Source: Anthoceros angustus
Lineage: Eukaryota; Plantae; Anthocerotophyta
Length of the DNA: 64,000 bases
Assembly: GCA_010909165.1 (NCBI GenBank)
Contig: MU008174.1
Span: 930,001-994,000 of the forward strand
Direction of reading: 5' to 3'
A program made the translations under genes and the position numbers. The notes under the pieces are model-generated. The model ran no database searches. It had not been told where the DNA came from and worked only from the letters and a program-made list of their open reading frames with translations. The number at the start of each line of letters is the position of its first letter. Within the stretch, counting starts at the first letter, position 1. Positions 25,965 through 37,628 of the stretch are shown piece after piece.

Positions 25965-27185
25965 CCAACGATTACTGCTGCTGCATTGATCACCTTCTTG
26001 ACCCCAACAAAATACTCAGGAAGCAAGGTAGCTTTTTGTGTAATGTCTGCAGCAACCTGAAGAGTGTATTAGAATCATCTAGAACTCACAAGCAAGCAGG
26101 AAGGTCATGAACACCTACACGAGTTGAGGGCTGTCCCTGCAATGACTCCTAGCTTACAACGGCTTCAGAAACCAGTTTCCTCAAGCATAAATGTGGACAG
26201 ATTACATGGACACAGTCCGTGAGTCACACAATTGAGAAAATGCAAACCACTTACAACTTCCACATCAGGGCCCAGCAATGCTTTCGCCTTTTCCAGATTC
26301 CGGACCTGCCCAAATCTCCCAAATCTCCGTCAGTGGAAGATACTGAAGAACTGCATCACAATCCATAGGAAATATTGACATACCAGAGCCCTGACAGCAA
26401 CTCCTCTATTTCGTAGAACCTCCACTACCCGCTTTCCTACTCCTCCAGTAGCACCAGTCACAAGGACCACTTCCTTAGTCTTGCTGGCATCCGATTTCTT
26501 GATTGGCTCAACTTTTGGACCAAAGATTTTCTCCATAGCCGATTCCACCAGCTTGTGGAATCCACACAAACAGCCTCAGCTCAAATGCCGAGATGGGTAT
26601 ACACGACAACACCTTCCCGGCTCCACGAATAGACATCTCACCTTTCCTACAGAAGGTGGTTCATTGAAGAAAAACACAGTCTGCACAAATCTGCCAAAAT
26701 CCCAAGGCTGTCGACCCCCGTCTGCCCGCACAGGAGAGTAACCCGTGGACAAGGACTTGACCAAGTGCCTTCTGGAGCCCACAACCTGCACCTGCCTGTT
26801 CTTCCTTGCTACATACAGGCCTGAATATTCAGGAAGGGGACTGAAAGAAGGTCTAGTAGAAGACCCGACCGCAGCACTGGAGGGGAAGGATGCAACCTAC
26901 ATCCGGCATCAACCCAAATGGGTCACAATCAGCAATGTTCCTCCTTCTCCCAGGAATTCTCCTTTCCACAGCCAAAAGATGAATTCCCAGAACTACTTCA
27001 GATACCTGTCCGTTCGGCTGCAGTAGGCACAGACAGGGGGCCAACATGGATGCCGTCGAGAAACGAGGCGTGGTTTGCAACTGCATTGCACCAGCTGGTC
27101 CGTACAACTGGAGTACCACACTTACTCGACGAATTTTAGTCGATTCGACCACTGGAAATGCTCTGCACCTGGCTTTCTCCAGCAC
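25965..27185 (-). pseudogene. Partial duplicate (exons 1 to mid-4) of the NAD(P)-binding/CIA30 gene
   Basis: Near-identical to 24194-25412; the duplicated unit of about 1.77 kb also includes the promoter and part of the Copia-3 LTR. Confidence 0.85.
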
Positions 27186-27629
27186 ACTAAGCCCCGATTC
27201 CCTCTGGGCAAATGCTGCATTTCATAGACTCATACCAAGTGAATTGCAGATTCAGGTGAATCCCTAGCACTGCATTGCAGGCAGTGACACAAAGAAATGT
27301 AGGATAAACCACAATCCTCACCTCAATGCGGATGAGCCGCTTTCAGTTGTATGCGATGCAACCAGGAGCTTGTGGCACCAATCCGTGTGGCTCTTATCTC
27401 CTACCCGCTCGTCTCGACACGTGGCGAGAAACGACTATCAAGTGTGATATTTTTTTTGTTTTTGTGAAAGCAAGTGTGATAATTTCGACAAGTCATCCAG
27501 AAATTTTTGGTAACAAGGGATGGGCGAGCTCGAAGAAAGCTTCCCCATGCATATGCAAGCTTCCAGTTCCTGTTCCCCATCCTACCACTTACAGGCTGCT
27601 GTGGCTGTGTGTAACCAGTAGCGGGTTGC

Positions 27630-30600
27630 TAAAGCGGAACAAGATGCTAGATTGATCATTGACGATAGAAATGTTTAAGACGGAATGCTGTACATATAGT
27701 GTCTGAGATGCGGTTGTAACCGCTCTACTGTCAAGTGCTAGCGTAACCAACCGAACTGCTCTTCGGAACCTGTCGATCTGCCGACATTCAAAAGGGGCCT
27801 TAATGACTTGGGTGTTAAAACCCCGATCCGTAGCGCTGAGGTTTTTACTCCAACACTCCCCCTCGCTGCGGATTCCCGTATGCTGCAATGCCGTCGGTCT
27901 CCCTCGCGTGTCTCAACCTCGCCCTCGGTCTTCCGTCTGGCCTATCCAGGTGTAGAAGGAGAAAGTCGAAACGGCGGAGGCAGAATGCCAGCAGTGGTGG
28001 AGCAGAGTCGCGCTGACAGAGCTAAGGAGCTCCCCCTTTCGGTGCATTGGCTGCTACGAAGGGAATGCCTAGAAAGGATTCTCTGCTCACCAAACCGATA
28101 CCTTCAGTATGCTTGTCATGGAGTGGCTTCGGTAAGCCCTTCGTCAGCAAGTCGGCGATGTTGTCGTTAGTGTTGATGTAGCTTAAGGCGACCCCACCAC
28201 TTGCCGAATGAAGTGGTGCTGTATTTCCACATGCTTTGTCCTTGCGTGCAGCACAGGGTTGAGTGTCATGGCGATGGCAGACTGATTGTCGCAGAATAGT
28301 CGCGTGGGCTTATCCTGGTCCTCGCCTATGTCGTGCAGGAATTGCCTCACCCACAGAATTTCCTTGGCGGCCAGCGTTGTTGCTGCGTACTCCGCTTCCG
28401 TTGATGAGGTACAGATTGTTTGCATTTTCTTGCACGCCCATGACACCTTTGTCAGGTGTTGATGGTATGCGATGCAAGATGACCTTCTTGCATCCGGATC
28501 TCCGCCTGCTGCGTCACGAGAAAGAGGTTAGAGTGAGCTTGGGAGAGTGGTCACCTTTGTAGATGAGTCCCAGGGACTTGGTCTTCTTGAGGTAGCGAAG
28601 GATGCACTTGACGCAAGTCCAGTGGGCTTTCCCCGGGTTCGACAAATATCTGGATACCACGTTCACGGCTTGTGCAATGTCGGGTCTGGTCCAGATTGAG
28701 AGGTAAAGTAGGCTGCCTACGGCCTCATTATATGGGATGGCCGACATCTCCTTCGATTCTTCAGTACTAGGGCAGTCTGCTGCAGATACCTTCTCTCCTG
28801 ATGCCACCGGTTGATACCGGCCCGTCTTCATGTTGAATCATCCGACAGGCGGTTTACGTAATGTTCTTGGTGGATGAAGAAAGAGTGGTCCTCCTTGTTG
28901 TGTTCGAACTGTACTCCCAGTGCGTACCGTAGGGGTCCCATATCTATCACGTCGTACTCCTTTGATAGGAGGTCCTTCACATACTGGATTATCTCATGAC
29001 TATCTCCAAAGATGAAGTTGTCATCCACGTACAGTGTCACTATTGCAAACTTGTCTTCGGTTTTCAGGGTGTAGACACTGGTGTCGGAGATAAGGGGAAT
29101 AAAACCACATTTCTTCAGGTATGTATCCACAGTTTCGTTCCACACTTGTGCAGACTGCTTGAGTCCGTAAATGGACTTGAGTAACTTGCATACTTTTGTG
29201 CTGTCTTTGATGAAGCCCGGTGGTTGAAGCATATAGATGTCTTCATGTAGTGTGCCATACAGGAAAGCCGTTTTTACATCTACCTGGTGGATAAGCAGGT
29301 GATGGTGGGCTGCGAAGACTAGCAGTATTCTGATTGAAGTTGCCTTCACTACAGGACTGAAAAGTCTGTTTTCCTCGTAATCAAAGCCTGGCACCTGAGT
29401 GAAACCACGGGCTACCAACCTGGACTTGTACCTCGAAACAGTCCCATCGGGATTAAGTTTTCTTCTGAAGGTCCATTTGCAAGAAATTGGTTTGCGCCCA
29501 GCAGGCAGGTCTGTAAGTGTCCAGGTCTTATTGGCGATTAAGGAATTGTATTCAGACTGGACAGATGCCTTCCACTCAGGGATGCGAAGGGCTTCTTCAA
29601 TGTTTGCAGGTACATCTTGCATCTCGATTGCGACGAGCTTGATGCGAGGCAAGGCTGCCTGATCTCGCATTGTCGCCGAGCTTGAGCGGAACCGTGCTTC
29701 TCTGTGGAATAGTTGCTTGACGGGAAAAGGAATCGCGAGGGACAGAGGGAGGATTTTTCCATAGATGGCTTGGTGGTCTATTGCGTGTGGAACGCCTGAG
29801 AGGAGGAGGGTCAGGTTCTGGCACGGGTGCCTCAAGTACTGGGATGTGGTTTACATCTAAGTCTTGGTTATCTATCACATGGTGGTGTGGCTGATCTGGA
29901 GCTACGGGTGCAGGTAGTTGTGGAGGAGGTAGTACCTGAGGCTGTACCTGAGCAACTGGAACGTGTGGTGGTGCTTGGGCGACTGGAGCAGGGTAGGCAA
30001 GTTGCTGGTTCTCCTCTTGGACTTGGTCATTGTCGTAGAGTGTGGCCCCCTCAAGAGCAAGAGGAGAATCCTTGTGGAGGAAACCTGACATGCTAGGAGC
30101 AGGAAGGGGGGACGACAAAGAGGCTTCATAGGAGTTAAGCAGCAGGGATTCATGGAAGTGGACACTTCTGGAAAGGATTACCTCACGTGTGGAAGGGTCA
30201 AAGAGGCGATATGCCTTGGCCTGATCTGAATACCCGACGAAGAGGAGTTTTCTGCCCTTGTCATCCCATTTGTGTCTGCTAACGTCGGGGATGTGAGCAA
30301 ATGCTGGACTGCCGAAGATTCTGATGTGGGAGATTCGGGGCTTGTGCCCTGTCCAACGCTCAAAGGGTGTAATGTTGGGCAGCTCTTTTGTGGGCAACCT
30401 ATTCTTCAGATAGTTGGATGTTGCTACTGCCTCGGCCCAGTAGCCTCGAGTGAGCCCAGAAAGTTTGAGTATGGATCTGGAGATCTCAAGAAGGGAGCGG
30501 TTCAGTCGCTCAGCGAAGGGGTTTTGGGCTGGTGTGTGAGGTACTGTCAATTGGCGGTGAATCCCTTTGGATTTGCAGAAGTCCTGAAAGGCGTGGCTCG

Positions 30601-31635
30601 TATACTCTCCGTTGTCGGTCACGGAGTGTCTTGACTGAAGCCGGTTGCGTTGCTGCTAGGACAAATTCTTGGAAACAGGTGAGTGCTTCGTCCTTGTGCC
30701 TTAGGAAAAAGATGTTGCAATACCTGCTCCACTCGTCCAAAAAGGTCAGAAAGTAGTTGTGGCCACCGAAGCTGGAGGTACTCATCGGTCCGCAAATGTC
30801 TGAGTGGACGACCTCCAGGAGACGTCGAGCTCTAGTAGGTGAGGGGTCGTTGAATGGAAGTTGAGATAACTTTGAGTACTTGCATATCTCGCAGAAGAAA
30901 TCCTTGGGTACCTTAATGCTAACGGGATCCTTATACATATCCGGATTGGAAAATGTGCTAAGGTACCGTGGATTGATATGCCCCGGCCGAGGCTGTAGTC
31001 CGAGGTTGCGATGAGGAGCTAGCGATCGCCATCAAGACGATGAATATTGAGCGGTCTGGTCATTGAAGGGAAGTCCGTGTGCTATGGCAGTTTCGAAGCG
31101 ATCGGTATCTGCAGACATGCGGTTAGCAAAACGCTGTGAAGCCGGAGGGTGAAGATCCGTGTGACTAGTTCATGGCGAGCGAATCTTGGGCGAGGTTGAG
31201 GCGGTTGCGCTCATCTCTTTGATGCAGCCCCCACAAATAACTTGCCGTGCAGGAGGCGCTCTGCCCAGGGGAGAGTAAGATGCCGGGGTGCGCCTTCTAG
31301 GCATCTTGCTGATTTCAGGGTCTTCTTGCCGGATGATCACTCGTCTGTTGCTGCGCCATTGGTGAGCTTGCGGCACCAGGCGCGTGGCGCGTGAGCGATG
31401 CCGAATGGCAGTTGGCCCTTTGGCTCTGATACCATAAAGCGGAACAAGATGCTAGATTGATCATTGACGATAGAAATGTTTAAGACGGAATGCTGTACAT
31501 ATAGTGTCTGTCAAGTGCTAGCGTAACCAACCGAACTGCTCTTCGGAACCTGTCGATCTGCCGACATTCAAAAGGGGCCTTCATGACTTGGGTGTTAAAA
31601 CCCCGATCCGTAGCGCTGAGGTTTTTACTCCAACA
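27630..31635 (-). mobile_element. Ty1/Copia LTR retrotransposon (Copia-3), young, 4.0 kb, gag mostly deleted
   Basis: TSD GTTGC (27625-27629, 31636-31640). LTRs 27630-27855 and 31435-31635 differ by one substitution and one 25-bp indel. PBS complement gctctgatacca at 31423-31434; PPT complement ctccccct at 27856. Confidence 0.93.
28183..31000 (-). pseudogene. Copia-3 integrase-RT-RNase H (a few frameshifts)
   Basis: GHINPRY and CEIC (pre-integrase), LEVVHSDICGPM, DNGEYTS, QNPFAERLNR, YKSRLVARGFTQVPG, HQVDVKTAFLYG, LYVDD, TRPDIAQAV, CDNQSAI, TKHVEIQHHFIR. Confidence 0.93.
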
Positions 31636-31918
31636 GTTGCCTGGGGCAATAACGTATTAGAGCTAGGGAACTCAAGGAAGGAAGGAAGGAAGGTCTCGCG
31701 TCTCGTGGTCTCACACAAGAGTCATAGAGTTATACCGCGATAAGTTTTGTTCATTTGTAAAAGTTATTTTTTAAAATTTTAAAAAATTATGATCAAGATT
31801 CTCCCAAATTATCTTTATCCAACAACTTATGATGTGCTTGATTCTAACAATAATTGAAAAAAATATAAAAATTAAAATGCTTGTCCTTAAACCGTTTTAT
31901 ACCTCAAATTGAGACGTT

Positions 31919-32206
31919 CCATCGTTTAGGGAATAAGGCTTCAAGCCGAGCCAAGTGGCATGGGACATGGATACAGGTATGGAGCTAAGGCATGGGCTTG
32001 TTAGATTAGAATAGAATCTTCTTCTTCTTAACAACACGGAATTGAAGGGTCCAGACAAAGATACCATCGTTTAGGGAATAAGGCTTCAAGCCGAGCCAAG
32101 TGGCATGAGACATGGATACAGGTATGGAGCTAAGGCATGGGCTTGTTAGATTAGAATAGAATCTTCTTCTTCTTAACAACACAGAATTGAAGGGTGCAGA
32201 CAAAGA
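31919..32206. repeat. 145-bp direct repeat, two copies
   Basis: ccatcgtttagggaataagg...cagacaaagat at 31919 and 32064. Confidence 0.9.
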
Positions 32207-32234
32207 TGATGAACCCCACGGCTTAGTACGCGTG

Positions 32235-32440
32235 CGCATTCAGTTTACAAGGTTTAACAGCCCATGATGTGACTTTCTTTAGTTTGTAATGTTTGATAGC
32301 ACATTCAGTTTATAAGGTTTAACAGCCCAAGACGTGACTTTCTTTAGTTTGTAAGGTTTAATAGCTTGTGGCATGGCTTTTTTTTGTTGAGATGAATTGA
32401 TAGTGTTTAGATAGTGTGCCCTTAGTTTGTAAGGTTTTAC
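32235..32440. repeat. Degenerate tandem repeat (tttagtttgtaaggtttaacagc motif)
   Basis: Repeated cattcagtttacaaggtttaacagccc / ctttagtttgtaaggttt motifs. Confidence 0.65.
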
Positions 32441-32990
32441 AGCCTTTGGGATGACTTTCTTGTGCTGAGATAAATTGATAGTGTGAAATCGTCCTCCAAA
32501 TCATTCATCGATAGAGGAAAAGAAGACTTTACTATGAAAAAGAGATGGGAAAAACCCATCCACCCCAAAAACAAAGGGGAAAAACTCAACGAAGGGCACC
32601 ATGGCAAGGGGACTAGCCCCCACGATCACGCTCATCGATACAGTTGAGTGATTCATTGATTATTTTTTATTTAAGTTTAAACTTTAGAGTAATCAAGATA
32701 TTTTTATCACAACCTCCGTTATGTGTCATATTTAATCTTGCAACCGTCATTCGTCCTCAGTAGACTAAAAAGATTTCTTCTTGCTTGCGCCTAATAGGTA
32801 GTATGCTATGGTATGCTATTGTATATATGTATTGCTGGAACTGGTCTTCGATATGCCGATGCTTTCCCTCTGATTCAAATCCAAGCCATAAGCAACATGC
32901 CGGTCGGGCCAGGAATGCAGTCGGGAGCAGGAATCTGGTGGAATTCCACCTGAGCTCTGCCTATAACTAGATCCGTTCATCTCTTCCATC

Positions 32991-35900
32991 CTAGCATACT
33001 GGCTGGAATAGGAGCTTGTGGGCATGCTCCCGGATTGCTGTGCGGCCATGCCCATGTTCAGCTGGGTGAAGGAGATGCATGACCATGGCCATGTGGAAGA
33101 AGAGTTTCTTGTAGGTTTGGGGAGGTTGGGGTCGTTGCAGCAGCGCATAGGAACATGTCAATTCCTGCATGTTGGTGTCGATGATGTCACGCAGGTGAGC
33201 AACCGCCTCCTCTTGTGTCTCCTCCGGATGCGCTGTCATGTGGATGACAAGGCTTTGGGCAGGATGGGGGCAGTTGGGTTCAGCTTGGCTGTCAGCCAAG
33301 TTCTTGGACAGGAGGCCGATGGTGTTCACCCTCTGCCTTAGTCTCGTGAACTCCTCCTCTTCCATGTTATCGTCGCTGAGAGGTTCCCCCATGAAAAACA
33401 TGGATGGTAGCATGACGCATTCCAGAGCATTTGAAGGGCCTGCTTTCTCCAGGTATTCCTCCCACTCCGGAATTATGTCTTGTTGTGCCCACTCCAGCTT
33501 CACCAAGCATGAGTCTATCCACCGCTTGTACTGCAAATGGTAATATTGCACGCATGCAAAGTGTGTTAGTGACAACTAGCCTCCTTCGAGATGTCAGCTT
33601 GCTCATGAATCGTACATAGGAAACATCCGGCCTCAACTGGGAAGAAGAGTTCTTGTGGCTTACAGTGCCTATGAGATGCTTGGAGATGTCTCTGCCCTGA
33701 GCCACATACGCTTGCGCAGCAGTGGCGTGGATGGTTTTGTACAGACTCATGAATGCGGTGGCCTGTCTCTTGTCTCTGCTCTGGATGAGTGCTGGATTCC
33801 ACCTGCAATCGGTATACATGTTCCAACCATCAGCCAAGTCTGTTCAAAGTCAGGTGGCCCTCGACCACTTGCAACAGTATGGACATCATAGAACAGTATC
33901 ATGTACCTGTCCACAGCAGCTCTGAATTGTCTGAGGTCCTGAATGGAAGTGCCTTCTGCCTGGAAGTAGTTGGTGAGAGCAGCTGTGAGCACTCCGTTCT
34001 GAGTCCACACTTTCCGAGCCATGCTGAGCTCAGGCTCGTACATGTTGGCAGCTGCTGTGAAGAAGCAGTCTTCAAGCTCTTGGCTCGAAACGGACAGCTC
34101 CCCCAGATTGAGTTCCTCATTCCACCTGGTCCCATGACACATCCATAAATTTTGTGAGCTCAAGTAAGGCTGAGGTCCAGATGATCGTTTCAAGAGTCTT
34201 CAGAAGGTTGCAGCAAGTTCTTGAACATTCAATCAGTGTGTACCTCACAAGCTCCTCAACCTCTTCCCGGTGCTGTCGTTGGCACATGTTGTAGTCGGCC
34301 TTGGCCAGGTCAAGGAATGTTTGGTTGTGGACGTAAGGCATTCTGATCATTCAGTGCAAAAGGAGGTGAACATCCAACAGAGACAACAACAACCGATGAC
34401 CAACCATGAGCCATGCTAAGCATCCAAGAGCTGAATATTGCAAGAATGTGGTAGAAACATTTGAGGACCTTGCTGGGCAGAGAGTTGGAGCCATCACTTA
34501 CTTGTAAAGGGACTTGCCGATCCAGATATCATCACTGCCATAGTGCTCCAGGTACGTCCTGGTCTCCAGACGAGGCAGGCTAGCATAGAAGGGATACGTC
34601 AGAGCGTATTCCACCTCTCCTGGCAGGTCTTTGGTGATGATCCATTTGTCGGAGATGTCATTGGTGCGCCATTTCTCCTCCAGAAAGCTGCGGGTAAATG
34701 CCCGCGCTTTTCCCAACAACCCTTCTCCTGGGAACATCGTCTGCGACGCTCTGTACAGGTTGAACATGCCTGTCACGGCCTGCCCCGATTGCCCAGCAAA
34801 GCAGAAGAACTCGTCGTCCTTGTTGAAGGGTCGAAACACCTCTGGAGAAACATCGTATCCGTGCAGGCGAAGCAGGCGGAAGCCCATGGCCGTGTCGTCC
34901 ACGTCGGTGACCACGGCGCCCCGGGCCCAGGCCACGCCCCTCGATTCCCAGTTCTGGTACACGTAGTCGAGGCAGGTTCGGATCTCCTCCTGGAAGTGGC
35001 GAGCGATGCCCAGACGCTGGAGCCGGTCCACGATCCACATGTGCTCGAACATGTCGACAGGGTAGACATTGGGCACTGGATGCATGCACAAGAATCATAC
35101 ACACATGTGAATCCGAGCTCACTCCTGAATTCATCCATGAGCAGTCTTGTGGAGTTTGAATCAGCACCTGCATTGTCGAACTGCTCCAGGACAGAGTTGA
35201 GGTATTGGAGGCACTTTTGATCGCCTGTGTGCATCAGAGCACATGCTGTGGATGCTGGGGAGCACAGGAAGGAGCCGTCCTTGGATTGCAGTTTGAGCAA
35301 ACGGTTCCAATCCACCAGATGGCGGAGGCCCTCGAGCGAGTGCAGCAGAGTGGTGGGATAGGTATGGAGAATTTCCATGGGGATCCTGCATGCAGGCAAG
35401 GATGGATGACATTGTTTTCAAGCTTTCTCTTGAAATCCTCAGGCAGGCTCAGAAACACACGATTCACACATGACGTTCACAGTAGTAGTTGACATCACTC
35501 ACTTTTTGAGCTTTCGGTCTCTTTCCACCAGAATTTTGTGGGTGGTGGGAGAGTCGTAGGGAAGGTCGAGGCCCAGGTTTCTGGCGTCATCCATCATGGC
35601 AGGAAACACAATCTCGAACCCGATGGGCATATGATCCTCTGGCTCGTCGGCAATCCTGTGCAGGTTTTGTGTGATGAAGTCGCACCCTGTCCACACACAA
35701 ACACCGACTGTCAGATCAGGACCTATTAACACATCGGGAAATTCTCCTGATTCCTGATGAAATCGAAAAAGCTGCAGCTCCCATGTGGATGCACTACAAT
35801 CGACTTCTTCTACATCACCTCTTGTCACGTTGTCGTTTCCAATGCCCCAAGTTCTAAGGGCCACAACACAGGCCACCGTGTTAACCACCCGGTCGTACGC

Positions 35901-36769
35901 AGAGAAGAGATCGGGCTCGCCCCAGGACCCGTCCGCGAACTGGTTTTGCATGATCCAGTCCAGCGATCTTGGGAACTGCGGCTTGCCCGACTTGTCCAAG
36001 GCCGGCACCAGTGCCACCCAGGCGGTGTCGTAGGCGCTGATGGAGATTTGCCCATCGCCCATGTTTCTGAACATGCCGCGGATGGTGGCAATCCATTCCT
36101 CCGACCTGATCGTCGCCGCCTCCAAGCTAGCGCTGCTGTCCAGGGAAGACAAACCCACAAGGAGTTGCTCTGGCGCGTCCACAATCCGATCCGACCACAG
36201 CTCTGCCGCTGTTGCCACATGTACAATCGCTTCCCACATTCAGCTCCTGCTCTCAATCACTAGCAAGATTCCAATTTCCAACTTCCAACAACAGTTCAAA
36301 CACAACATGCTTCGACTGCTGCCAGCTCGCGTCACCTGAAGCATTGGCAGATGAAGCAGCCTGCGCCTTGGGCCGGTTACACGCCGGCCTGTCACCTGCA
36401 GGCAAGGCACATTTCAGTGCAAGTTCCCCAAATGGTTCGGTCCAGCTTCTTCCCAAATCGCCCAACAAAATCGCCCAACAAAATCGCCCAACAACATCGC
36501 CTAACAAATTGACAAACAAATCGCCCAACAAATTCTCCAAGAATGGCTGGCAGTCCACCTCAAGCAAGTACTCATTCACAGTCCCTGATCGCTCAGAATC
36601 GTAGACACATACCGAGCTCAGCTGCAACGGTAGCTGCCAGGGCGATACGAGTGCGCACTCCTCCACAGTGAAAGCCGGCCACGTTCTGTTTGTGAATTTT
36701 CCGCAAACCTGTGTGGGTGGGCAGCAACCCTCCTGCGATGCTCCAGGCCTGAGCTTGGGCGGCTGCCAT
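32991..36769 (-). CDS. CPS: Class II diterpene cyclase, probable monofunctional ent-copalyl diphosphate synthase, 10 exons
   Basis: Exons about 36769-36613, 36395-36336, 36246-35819, 35686-35503, 35385-35168, 35075-34502, 34342-34244, 34125-33907, 33802-33664, 33530-32991. Motifs: SAYDTAWVA, QFADGSWG, LLHSLEG, VPNVYPVDMFEHMW, DVDD (DxDD), LPRLETRTY. The DDxxD position reads ALTNYFQ. One frame discordance at the start of exon 3. Confidence 0.9.
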
Positions 36770-37082
36770 GGCTCGGAGGCAGATACCTTGATGCGGTCTC
36801 GCTTGTGACGAGAAGTGTTGCACCCTCTTCACAGATCCTTCCAGACCTGCAGCTCGCGATCACAGCACTGAGGAGCTCCTGGCTGTCCTGCAGTTCTCAG
36901 TCTCTGAAGAAGCAGAAACAACTCGTGGTCAGGATATCTGGAGCCCAAGAATGTATGTTCTGCACCGGAGCCACGAGGCGGCAGCAGGAAATCTGGACCG
37001 AAGGACTTCTTTTGACGCGGCAGCAGGAAATCTAGGCCCAAAGAATGTCTGCTGGTTTCTGAAATGGTATCACGGCGCTGGG

Positions 37083-37089
37083 TTTTATA
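37083..37089 (-). promoter_or_regulatory. Candidate TATA box of CPS
   Basis: TATAAAA on the minus strand about 315 bp upstream of the ATG at 36769. Confidence 0.4.
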
Positions 37090-37535
37090 GGCTGCCACTC
37101 CGGCTATATCCGGAAAAGGACAAAGACGCGCGCAGTTTCCACGATACAAGGCGATGTGTTCTCAGAACTGTGGAAAGGGGCCCGACTTTTGAGTTTTGAC
37201 TCAAAACGTGCACTGGTCGTTCAATGGCCTGTGCTGTTTCCCTGCACGGAGCAACCACCTGACTGTGTATGGATGAACAAAGAGATGCACGTGCCACACC
37301 AACTTACTTTTCACCATCTGTTTGCAGCATCCCAGCCAATTCTGAACGCGCATTTCCCAGGCTTCCCAGCATGTTCAGCCGTCAATGGCAGTGGGATCTA
37401 AGAAAGTGAGAGCTCGAGTTTGAGTGCTTGCTTACAACATGTGGTTGCCAAGTGGAGTGCAGTCTTGACTTGAAAATGAGAACCTGGTTCTTCAAGCTAA
37501 CACTTCGATCACGATTCCGATAAATTAAGGGCTGT

Positions 37536-37628
37536 GAAGAAGAAGAAGAAGACGAAGACGAAGACGAAGACGAAGAAGGAAGAAGAAGAAGAAGACGAAG
37601 ACGAAGAAGGAAGAAGAAGAAGAAGAAG
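37536..37628. repeat. (GAA)n/(GAAGAC)n microsatellite
   Basis: Directly visible purine-rich simple repeat. Confidence 0.95.

Noticed and set aside
27610-27629. Extending the Copia-3 LTR to a canonical TG start (tgtaaccag...)
   Set aside because: The segment is absent from the other LTR and the perfect GTTGC TSD places the boundary at 27630.
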